Assembly (NCBI GenBank): GCA_024626585.2
Contig: JANKJI020000004.1
Location: 180,641,474 to 180,667,759 of the forward strand
Reading direction: 5' to 3'
DNA length: 26,286 nt
From: Ginkgo biloba
Lineage: Eukaryota > Plantae > Ginkgophyta
How positions within the stretch are numbered: position 1 is the first letter of the stretch; each line of letters opens with the position of its first letter. The position numbers and the translations under genes were made by a program. The notes below the pieces were generated by a model, which saw only the letters and a program-made list of their open reading frames with translations, was not told where the DNA came from and searched no databases. Shown here piece by piece: positions 1-9,382 of this stretch.

Positions 1-59
1 ATAGAAAGGGATTTTGTAGCTAAGATAAGAGGATTTTTAAGTCGTAGAAGTAATTCCAA

Positions 60-340
60 AACACACTCTTTTTGGGAAAATAACATGATTGGCTAACATG
101 TCTTGTTTTTTGAGTTATATTGATGCCCCTAAGTCAAGCACCACTTCACATTACAAAACATAAATGAGGCCATTAATTCACTGTGTTTTAAGCAAATGAT
201 GAAGGCACATGCTTTCCGTCAATTAGTACATGATATTCGGAGAGTAGGGCATGGAGTGTTTGCCACATGGCAATGGTCATTATAAGAAAAGAAACTAAAG
301 ACAACTGGACTTCACTCTTCAAAAGTGGGTAGTGTAGAAT
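60..340 (+). mobile_element. Possible decayed RTE-like LINE fragment upstream of the SAUR promoter
   Basis: HFTLQNINEAINSL (FT..DI..AI..L-like) near 142-183 and WTSLFKSG (W....PIFKSG-like) near 306-329. CpG-poor. Confidence 0.25.
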
Positions 341-618
341 ACTCAAAAGAAGAGGAGCCCGAGCTTCATCGTACAAGCACCTATTTCCACCCATAATTCT
401 GGGTTGATGACTTTTAGCCATGTTTCGTATTCATTTTCTTTTGACCACAAAAGAAGAAAGGCGGACGAATGGTAGGGATTAAGTATGGGCACTATGCTAA
501 GGTAGAAATGAAACTAATGCTTCTCAAAAAAACATGTAAATGTATTTGTTATTTGAATGCCATGGAAGTGGGCGAATTTCAAGATTGAGGGGCCTCTTCC
601 CACCAACGTTCGTGCCTA

Positions 619-634
619 ACGCGTTCCACCGCGT
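619..634 (+). promoter_or_regulatory. Tandem CGCG boxes (CAMTA-binding vCGCGb / RSRE)
   Basis: ACGCGT(T) at 619-625 and CCGCGT at 629-634, 10 bp apart and 11 bp upstream of the TATA box. Confidence 0.5.
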
Positions 635-645
635 GAATTGTGTGC

Positions 646-653
646 TATAAATA
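646..653 (+). promoter_or_regulatory. TATA box of the SAUR gene
   Basis: Canonical CTATAAATA followed by a pyrimidine-rich Y-patch (CCCCTCCTTCTCC...CCTCTCCTC). This implies a TSS near 675-685 and a leader of about 380 nt. Confidence 0.75.
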
Positions 654-883
654 CCCCTCCTTCTCCATCGACCAACCTCTCCTCGCCTGCTTTTGCCTGT
701 GTGGTTTCTAGCATTCCCATTTTGGTCTCAAAGAGCATTGCCATAATTTGGCAACCGATTTCAGGCATCCTGATGACGAGACCTCGCCGGCTCACAGATT
801 TTGCTTGGAAGTCTGGATAAGCCAACGTCCAAGGATCGAGTCATACGCATGTAAAGTTTTCGGCAAATCCAGCGGGATCGAAC

Positions 884-1012
884 ATGTCCAACGTTCCACT
901 TTCTTTGTCCGACGTCTGCCTTACACAGTTCAGGCTTGCGATCTCCGCAGCCGATCCGTGGCCCTTTCCTCCCTTCCACGATATGTTCCACGAAGCCCAC
1001 GTCCGCTTGTAA
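884..1012 (+). CDS. Upstream ORF (42 aa) in the SAUR 5' leader; candidate conserved-peptide uORF
   Basis: ATG at 884 (AACATGT, A at -3) to TAA at 1010-1012 encodes MSNVPLSLSDVCLTQFRLAISAADPWPFPPFHDMFHEAHVRL. It lies downstream of the TATA box and ends 50 nt before the SAUR ATG. Translation is inferred. Confidence 0.55.
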   Translation: MSNVPLSLSDVCLTQFRLAISAADPWPFPPFHDMFHEAHVRL

Positions 1013-1062
1013 GGTCCCTGTTCACATTGCCTTAAATATCATTAGAGGTTGAGGTTACTGTC

Positions 1063-1665
1063 ATGGAGCAGACAGAGATTACGAGAGCCAAGCCTTTGGA
1101 CATGGGACATAAGTTCGCCAGTTTGTGGAAAAAATCAGTGCGATCCAAAAGGTCTCGGTACATTCGTCTGGATTTGGAAACGGAGTCCTGCGTCGAGTCT
1201 CCTCGAAGCATATTTGGCCATCACTCGTCTTCCTGCGTTTCGAACCCCCAATCTCTTCCCGCTTTCCATTCGGACGCCGTTCATTCACATGAGCAGGACT
1301 GTATGTGTCCGGCAAAGGCCTCCGATGGATGCTTCAATCTACGGGCTTACCGCAGATGGCGCCGCTTATCTTGTGCGCTAGGGTTTCTGCATCTGCGGCA
1401 CCGGCATGCGGTGGAGCCACCGCATAACCCTCCCAAGGACGTTCCCAAGGGTTTTGTGGCCGTTTCCGTTGGAGAACCCGAAGAAGAGCAGACGAGGTTT
1501 GTGATTCCTGTTTTTTACTTCAATCATCCTCGATTCCTGCACCTCCTCAAAAAGGCCGAGCACGTCTATGGCTTCGACCAGAAAGGCGTCTTCACCATTC
1601 CTTGCCGGGTTGCCGAATTCGAATACCTGCAGTGGCTCATCGACACAGAAGAATCTCCGGCCTAA
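1063..1665 (+). CDS. SAUR: Small auxin-up RNA (SAUR) family protein, SAUR30/32/33-like, 200 aa, intronless
   Basis: The C-terminal part DVPKGFVAVSVGEPEEEQTRFVIPVFYFNHPRFLHLLKKAEHVYGFDQKGVFTIPCRVAEFEYLQWLID is a clear Auxin_inducible (SAUR) domain. YFNHP.F..LLK.AE..YGFDQKG..TIPC plus the preceding His-rich stretch resemble Arabidopsis SAUR32/SAUR30. The ATG has a strong context (GTCATGG) and the ORF is uninterrupted. Confidence 0.96.
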   Translation: MEQTEITRAKPLDMGHKFASLWKKSVRSKRSRYIRLDLETESCVESPRSIFGHHSSSCVSNPQSLPAFHSDAVHSHEQDCMCPAKASDGCFNLRAYRRWRRLSCALGFLHLRHRHAVEPPHNPPKDVPKGFVAVSVGEPEEEQTRFVIPVFYFNHPRFLHLLKKAEHVYGFDQKGVFTIPCRVAEFEYLQWLIDTEESPA

Positions 1666-4040
1666 ATCAACCCTACGAGTTTTGAACACCCGACGCATAC
1701 CAAATTCTGGCATTGCGCATAACTCTATTTAATCAATCCATATCATCCTTGTTCTGAATATATGTATCTCGGATATGAATTTTTCTACAACTCACGAAGT
1801 GTATATACATTGTCTGTACATTCTTTTACTGGCACACCTGTCGTATGGAATTCCAACTTTTTTGTTCGATTTATAAGATTCGGAGACTCCCTAACCGTGA
1901 TTAAGTGGATATATATTTTTTAATCAAATTTACGACTGTGTAAAGTATACGANNNNNNNNNNNNNNNNNNNAAAATTAACGTCACGTCTAGTCTGTTAAA
2001 TCGAGTAGACGCCACGCAATCGTGCTTTCACCGCCTTCCATTGCATACTTTTCTACAAATTGAAAAAGTCGGACTGACATGCATACGATGGCTTTCATAT
2101 TTTTGTCTTCACATGGCATTTTATCTCGCAATAGACTTAAATACTAAATAGTATTCAAAGACTTTTGTTTATTATGTATGTTTTTTTGCTACCACCGTGG
2201 AAAGNNNNNNNNNNNNNNNNNNNNNNNNNNNNNNNNNNNNNNNNNNNNNNNNNNNNNNNNNNNNNNNNNNNNNNNNNNNNNNNNNNNNNNNNNNNNNNNN
2301 NNNNNNNNNNNNNNNNNNNNNNNNNNNNNNNNNNNNNNNNNNNNNNNNNNNNNNNNNNNNNNNNNNNNNNNNNNNNNNNNNNNNNNNNNNNNNNNNNNNN
2401 NNNNNNNNNNNNNNNNNNNNNNNNNNNNNNNNNNNNNNNNNNNNNNNNNNNNNNNNNNNNNNNNNNNNNNNNNNNNNNNNNNNNNNNNNNNNNNNNNNNN
2501 NNNNNNNNNNNNNNNNNNNNNNNNNNNNNNNNNNNNNNNNNNNNNNNNNNNNNNNNNNNNNNNNNNNNNNNNNNNNNNNNNNNNNNNNNNNNNNNNNNNN
2601 NNNNNNNNNNNNNNNNNNNNNNNNNNNNNNNNNNNNNNNNNNNNNNNNNNNNNNNNNNNNNNNNNNNNNNNNNNNNNNNNNNNNNNNNNNNNNNNNNNNN
2701 NNNNNNNNNNNNNNNNNNNNNNNNNNNNNNNNNNNNNNNNNNNNNNNNNNNNNNNNTCATGCTCCTGTTTTTTCTTAGCAGCAGCTGCTGAGAAAAATGC
2801 GAAAGCCCCCCTCCATGGGACCTCCCTGTAATTAGCGTAATGAAGCTTGTAAGTATGATTGAGAAGTTTGTTCGTTTATTGTTGAGAAATCATGTACGAA
2901 AAGTTTTAAAATATTTGTACGTCTATCTATTACTATGTACTATACATGATATTGCTTTAAAAAAAAAAGCATGTGCGACCGGTTTGGTTATTAATGAGAA
3001 AATAATAAAACCAAAATGAACTAAGTTGATTACATTTCAAAAATATTTATTATTTTATTATCTTTTTCTCATTAAAACTAATATGAAATAATTTAATTAC
3101 ATTTTGTTAATTATTTAATTTATTTTACAAAGAATATAATTTATTAAAACTAATATAAAAAACCCTCAAATTACGTTTGTTTGCTGTTGACATTAATTAA
3201 TCCCCTTTAAAGCTTCCATTTAATATGGATGCTTGGATTTTTTATTTTTTTTCATAGGATTGTTCACTATTCTTGGGTCTCAAGATTGATATCTAGAATG
3301 TTTGATTTGGTGTCAACCATATATGGCTTCAATGTATTTTTTAGCTCTAAAGATGATCTCAGTCAACAATCTACCGTTCATCCATTCAACAACAAGGGCT
3401 ACATTGGCTAGGATCCTTGCTTGAGCTCCCAACAACTCATAAACTTATTTAAATGAATGAGGAACACTTTGACATAGTCATGGATGATGAAGATCAATTG
3501 AATGGGAATGGAATGGACAAAAACAAATTGACAGTTAATATTTTCAAAGATGTAGAGGGTTGTGCCCAACTTAATGTATTCTTGGTGCATGATCAAAGGA
3601 TAAACTCTCTCTTGTGCAGACATGTCTCAAAAGAACCACAGAATACTCAGTTTGCACTACTGTGATGTCGCATGAGCCTACACAATCAACCCCTTTGTAT
3701 GGTCCAAACGTCCATTATCCACATCAACAATTAACTCTGATGTGAAAAATTGTCTTTCGGTTCTCTATGGGAAAATGTAAGGCATCTAGTTGTGCATTGT
3801 AGTTTTTCTTACCTGTGCCATGTTTTTTCTTAAAGGCGGTGCCACGAGATTCTCNNNNNNNNNNNNNNNNNNNNNNNNNNNNNNNNNNNNNNNNNNNNNN
3901 NNNNNNNNNNNNNNNNNNNNNNNNNNNNNNNNNNNNNNNNNNNNNNNNNNNNNNGAACTCATAGTTATTTTGGAGGTTTTTACTTAGAGAGAGATATTAA
4001 TAGGCTACCTACTTTTGTGACTTATTCTTTTCCATCAATG

Positions 4041-5070
4041 CCCCCCCCCCACCTTAATCCATCTCAATTAGTTTTTCCTTATACATTTTGGAGCATTCTT
4101 TTGGATGGAGGACAATAGATTTGTGGAGATCATGGGCCTATTTAGCTGGAGTTTCCATCACTTTCACAAAAGCTTTATGGATTTCACCACTAGGTGCTTG
4201 GTCTCTGGTTATTTCTTCCCTTATTTACCTTAGTACTTATGAAAAGAATTAATTATTTTCATTTGAGAAAGGAAAAATAAAATAAAGGAATATGCATCAT
4301 TTTTTCTCAAAAAAGGTCTTGATGTAGAAATATGTGCCCTGCCATGGCATAGATTTACACATTTTCATGGTAATGNNNNNNNNNNNNNNNNNNNNNNNNN
4401 NNNNNNNNNNNNNNNNNNNNNNNGGTCTTACACATTTCCATGGTAATAATTATGCACCTTATCATGGTACAAGAATAATATCATGCGCATTTTTACAATG
4501 TCTTTCACGTTATCCCATGATGTATCTTTTTGAGATATTTTTTACCTTTTTGAGTCATGACTCACCATTTTGGGGAATTTTTTTCCTCCTGATCGACTTT
4601 GACACTTAGCAAATGGTAGTCAAGTTGATTACAAACCCTTTTTTCTTTTACATCTCAAAATTCATATATAAATATAAGAATCTTTGAAGAGTTTGAAAGG
4701 AAGAATTTATATATTGTTATGCAGCCATTTTTTATCTAGAGAGCCATTTCNNNNNNNNNNNNNNNNNNNNNNNNNNNNNNNNNNNNNNNNNNNNNNNNNN
4801 NNNNNNNNNNNNNNNNNNNNNNNNNNNNNNNNNNNNNNNNNNNNNNNNNNNNNNNNNNNTGACTTGTTCTTTTCCATAAATCCCCCCCCCCACTTAATCC
4901 ATCTCCATTAGTTTTGTCAACATTACCCTTTTCCTTATATATTTTGGAGCATTCTTTTGGATGAAGGACAATAGATTTGTAGAGGTCAGGGGCCTATTCA
5001 GTTGGAGTTTCCAGCACTTTCACAAAATCCTTATGGATTTCACCACTAGGTTCTTGGTTTCTGGTTATTT
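4041..5070 (+). repeat. Diverged direct duplication of about 175-190 bp (4041-4214 and 4882-5070)
   Basis: Both copies read poly-C-CTTAATCCATCTC.ATTAGTTTT...ATTTTGGAGCATTCTTTTGGATG.AGGACAATAGATTTGT...TTATGGATTTCACCACTAGGT.CTTGGT.TCTGGTTATTT, with substitutions and a ~15-nt indel. Confidence 0.9.
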
Positions 5071-5411
5071 GTTGGATAATCTATGATTCCCTTGGAGAGA
5101 TTGTTGTTAGTGTTGGCCTATATATCCCTTTTTCCACTAATAACCAAGTTGAGTATGCCACATTAATTGGAGCCCTTTTAGATATATCATCCTTACAACT
5201 TGACCACATTATTATATTCATTGTTTCATTGTTACTCACCCATAAGTTGAACCAAGTTTGGAATATTTACAACCCTAACCTCCACTAGTATGCATTCAAA
5301 GCTCAATCATTAATGGAAATTTTTTAGGACATCTACATTCATCACACTCCATGGAGCCAACACTTTGAAGTTGATCACTTGGTCATCCTGATCCTCCATC
5401 AATTCCTATGA
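5034..5411 (+). mobile_element. Degenerate retroelement RNase H (archaeal-type RNase HI of Tat-lineage Ty3/gypsy, or LINE)
   Basis: One frame reads WIIYDSLGEIVVSVGLYIPFSTNNQVEYATLIGALLDISSLQLDHIIIFIVSLLLTHKLNQVWNIYNPNLH*YAFKAQSLMEIF*DIYIHHTPWSQHFEVDHL. This shows a TNNxAEY motif and decayed DS.L...QL and H.PR..N..AD.L motifs, with two in-frame stops (5286, 5325). Confidence 0.75.
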
Positions 5412-5623
5412 TTTGATGATTGAATATTGAAGATTGAAGACTGAANNNNNNNNNNNNNNNNNNNNNNNNNNNNNNNNNNNNNNNNNNNNNNNNNNNNNNN
5501 NNNNNNNNNNNNNNNNNNNNNNNNNNNNNNNNNNNNNNNNNNNNNCGTCCTTTTGTGATCTTTGCGTGCTGTTGTTATCTTGTCATGGTTTCTTTATGAT
5601 TATTGTTGTAGGTTCATTACATG

Positions 5624-6195
5624 CCTCCATGTTATATAATCATGATATAAATCCAAATTTCCCTTCTAAAGGATTTTATTCATTTTCTCCTTATTATCCT
5701 AATCTAAGATTAATTTTGGTGAAGTAGGTTTCTCTTTGAAGTTCATCCATGATTTCATATATTTGTGGCATGGGAAACTGATCCTTGACTATATTTTTAT
5801 TTATTGCTCTATAGTCTATTCAAAGGAAGAATGATCCATATTTCTTTCATGCCAATACTACAAGTGTTGCATATGGACTCTTACACTTGATGGTTGCTCC
5901 AAATTATAATAACTTTGTAGTTAGCCTCTCAATTTCCTATTTCTGTCGATAGTTATAATGCTACATCTTCACAATAGTTGGCCCCTAGTTTGGGTACATC
6001 TTGATAATATGTTCACAACCTCTATTTGGTGGTAGTCTAGTAGGAAGCCCTCAAAAAATTGCATGATTTTTGTCAAGTACCTTATGAATCTATGGATGGT
6101 GTTAACATGGGTTGTTAATGGTTGGCACCTCCATGTTATATAATCATGATATAAATCTAAAATGTCCTTTCTGAAGGATTTTATTCATTTTCTCC
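5624..6195 (+). repeat. ~67-bp direct repeat pair (5624-5690 and 6128-6195)
   Basis: CCTCCATGTTATATAATCATGATATAAATC...AAGGATTTTATTCATTTTCTCC occurs twice, about 504 bp apart. Confidence 0.85.
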
Positions 6196-6664
6196 ATATT
6201 TACTACCATGATTTCCTTTAGGGGAATTACATTGATGGTATTTTTTTGTCCTCTCTCTCAAAACTTAATAAATCCTTTGATGTGATTAGTGACGTAGGTT
6301 CTAATTTTTATTACCCACTAGAATCCGAGCACAACATTGACTTCTTTGATGTCTATAACATATAATTATTCATTAAGCATGTAATCTCCTATTTTTAGCT
6401 TAACATTTATTATGAATCCTTCTCACATGATTTGGTTAAGGCCAAAAATGTTAATTGGGAATCTTTCACTTGGATTGATATGAAGACTTAATTTCCTTTC
6501 CAACCTTCGATTATATTTATGGTGATGCCTAGATCTATCATTATGAAGACCTTACTATTTTAAATCATATCATAAGTTTTAAGTGTACCTATCTTTCCTA
6601 AACCAACCATTAATGATAGAGATACCTAAGGATCGTTGGTGTAGATATGGCATGCTAAGTTTTC
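5700..6664 (+). mobile_element. Possible highly decayed L1-type LINE post-RT region
   Basis: Only scattered remnants: VAWE.. followed by SKEE (VAW...C.PK..GGLG-like) near 5765-5830, and IWHAK near 6645. CpG-depleted with many stops. Confidence 0.25.
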
Positions 6665-7592
6665 NNNNNNNNNNNNNNNNNNNNNNNNNNNNNNNNNNNN
6701 NNNNNNNNNNNNNNNNNNNNNNNNNNNNNNNNNNNNNNNNNNNNNNNNNNNNNNNNNNNNNNNNATTTCTTATAAATAATAAAGTTCTATGTATAAAATT
6801 TACATTTAATCCTATCAACTTGAATCTGAAAATTCAAGGCAAACAAAAATTTATCATATAGAAATCTTTACACAAAGTCAAATATTTTTAACTTGAAAAA
6901 CTCTCTTAAAAAATAAAATTCTAGAGTGGCATTAAGTTCTCTTTTAACAATAATTAATATCAATTGTGCCTATAATTCTATTTTGAAATGTAACTCACAG
7001 ATCTTTGCTCAATATAATAGATTAAACAATGGTGTGGAGTTATTCAGTCTCATAATGACTCTCTTACACTCTCTTCATGTACACTTATTATTGCTTATAG
7101 AACTATGCAACTTCTCTTCTCTAAAATAAGGATGAGTTATTCTCTTCTTCTTCTTTCCCTTAGTTGAGTATCTCTCTATCCTCTTCTCTCTTCTCTATTC
7201 TTTATATAACACCACCAAGAAGATTTAAAATAAAACTTTTCAAATTTTATAATCATCCATAATTATATTTTGGTGTTTCTCCTATTGAAACAAATGACTC
7301 TTTACTTTATTTTCTATGTAAATATGAAGGGACATGCCATCTTTCTACAATCTAAATTTCAAGTAAAACATATATAATTTGATCAAGTTATGGCTAAAAT
7401 ATAATTTTTAAAATTTTATATTTTTGAGGGAGTAAACGAACGAATATCGGCATGTGTTTTCGTGGATATGTGAGGATATATTCTNNNNNNNNNNNNNNNN
7501 NNNNNNNNNNNNNNNNNNNNNNNNNNNNNNGTATGACCAAATTATGGAATTCTGAATTTTTTTATAATCTTTATTTTTTCTTGGTATCTTTC

Positions 7593-8070
7593 CTCCCTTG
7601 TTCAATAAAGGAGCAAGATCTCACCCAGGATAAGTGAGTGACTTCCTTTATCCCTTAGTCATTATTTCTTATAAATAAGAGATAAATATCTCACCTAAGA
7701 TAAGGGAGTGACTTCCTTCTTCCCTTGGTCATCCTTCATTACTTAGCAACTTTCTTCCTCCCTTGGTCATTTTTCCCTCCTTGTGAGTAAGGAATCCATA
7801 TCTTAATTAGGATAAAGAAGAGACTTCCTTCCTCCCTTGGTCACCTTTCCTCCCTTGTGAGTAAGGGAGAAATATCTTACCTAAGACAAGGGAGTGACTT
7901 CCTTCCTTGTAAGGAAGAAAGGGAGCAATATTTCACCTAGGATAAGGGAGAACTTTACTTCTTCCCTTAGTCACCTTTTTTTTCTTGTTTAGTAAGGGAT
8001 CCATATCTCACCAAGGATAGGGGAGCGAATTCTTTCTTCTCTTGGTCACCTTTTCTCCCTTATTTTGTAA
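7593..8070. repeat. Degenerate tandem array of about six ~60-110-bp units (core ~70 bp) built from CTCCCTT/AAGGGAG inverted motifs
   Basis: The consensus is approximately AGTAAGGGAGCAATATCTCACCTAGGATAAGGGAGTGACTTCCTTCYTCCCTTGGTCACCTTTTCTCCCTTG. Units start near 7604, 7674, 7786, 7860, 7917 and 7991. Confidence 0.85.
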
Positions 8071-8683
8071 TGGAGTAATAGTAAATAGGTAGTCAATAAT
8101 TTGGTCATAATGTTTGAACCATAATTTCATTTTTGATGTTCTTGGACTCATTTTGAAGTTGACTCCAATGGCTATAACTCTTCTTTATAGATAATAGATT
8201 TAATCTATATTAATATTTCTTAGATTTAACTCACATTTGACTATTATAAAATTGACAAAAAATAAGTTAAGATCTTAAGTAGAGATTAGGTTATTGATGG
8301 ATAACATGGTCAAAGGACTCTTGATTTTTTACCACTAAGAAAATAAGGATGATGATGATACTTGATCTCCAATCCCAAATACTATACAACTATAGAAGAG
8401 ATAAAGATAATTTGGATTCCACTATAAAAAATAACTATTATTTTTTTCTTCTTAACCTACATCCTAAAGGAAAAGAGTCCCTCACTATCCTTTCTCTCAT
8501 CCTTGGTGCTGATAAAAATTATGGTAGGATCTAGCTCATCTAAAATATCAATAAAATATTTTGATTTCTTCTCCTTNNNNNNNNNNNNNNNNNNNNNNNN
8601 NNNNNNNNNNNNNNNNNNNNNNNNNNNNNNNNNNNNNNNNNNNNNNNNNNNNNNNNNNNNNNNNNNNNNNNNNNNNTAGTTTG

Positions 8684-9382
8684 GAGAGGATAGCTGGTAA
8701 TTTTACACACACACATACCCAACAACACTCCCCTTATGGAGAGAGAGAGGGATTTTAATGTTAGAGAAATAATTCCAAGGCACATATAAGGTGCTTATAA
8801 CTTATTATTGATAACTTGTAGAGGATAGCTGTTAATTTTACATACACATGCACTCAACAATATCGCTCCCCAAAGATTATATGAAAAATTGAACATGATC
8901 TAACTTATCACCTCAGCCAATCAACCATTATACTAGTACGAGAAAATCTCTTCAACTCAATTTGCATAAGGCACATAACATATTGGGCTTTTGAAACTAT
9001 CAAAGGATCCCCCACATAACTAATGTGGGATAAATATGACTAAGAGACAGAGGGATTTTAATGTTGTAGAAATAATTCTAAGGCACACACAAGATGCATC
9101 CAACTTATTATTAATAACTTGCTGATGATAGTTGGTAATTTTGCACACATACACACCCAATAACACTACCCCCAAAGATTATGTGGAAAATTGNNNNNNN
9201 NNNNNNNNNNNNNNNNNNNNNNNNNNNNNNNNNNNNNNNNNNNNNNNNNNNNNNTTTAAAAGCTTTCTAACTTGATTTGCATAAGGTTCATGGCATATTG
9301 GGCCTTTTAAATTGTCGAAGGACCCCCTACATAACCAATATGGGACAAACATCATGAAGAGAGAGAGTGAGGGGGATTAACA
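8684..9382. repeat. ~300-bp tandem repeat (about 2.2 copies), LTR/TRIM-like
   Basis: Units begin AGAGGGATTTTAATGTT at ~8746 and ~9049 and share GATAG.TG.TAATTTT.CA.ACA, CCCCAAAGATTAT.TG.AAAATTG, ATTTGCATAAGG, CATATTGGGC and ACATAAC.AAT.TGGGA. A partial unit lies at 8684-8735. The array ends in ...GGATTAACA (TGTTA on the minus strand). Confidence 0.85.

Noticed and set aside
748-1713. Overlapping ORFs 748-1035, 761-1000, 1049-1381, 1079-1315 and 1378-1713
   Set aside because: Alternative-frame or antisense ORFs in the GC-rich SAUR locus, mostly with non-ATG starts and no homology signal.
1666-1950. SAUR DST mRNA-instability element
   Set aside because: No GGA...ATAGAT...GTA arrangement was found, only loose AT-rich similarity.
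2155-2831. Long poly-X ORFs here and at 9691-10058 and 12164-12918
   Set aside because: Artefacts of N gaps.
3408-3850. ORFs 3453-3665 / 3408-3623 and a minus-strand GPYK motif
   Set aside because: Too weak to assign; probably decayed transposon sequence.
7593-8070. CRISPR-like array
   Set aside because: The context is eukaryotic, the units are degenerate along their whole length with no unique spacers, and there are no cas genes.
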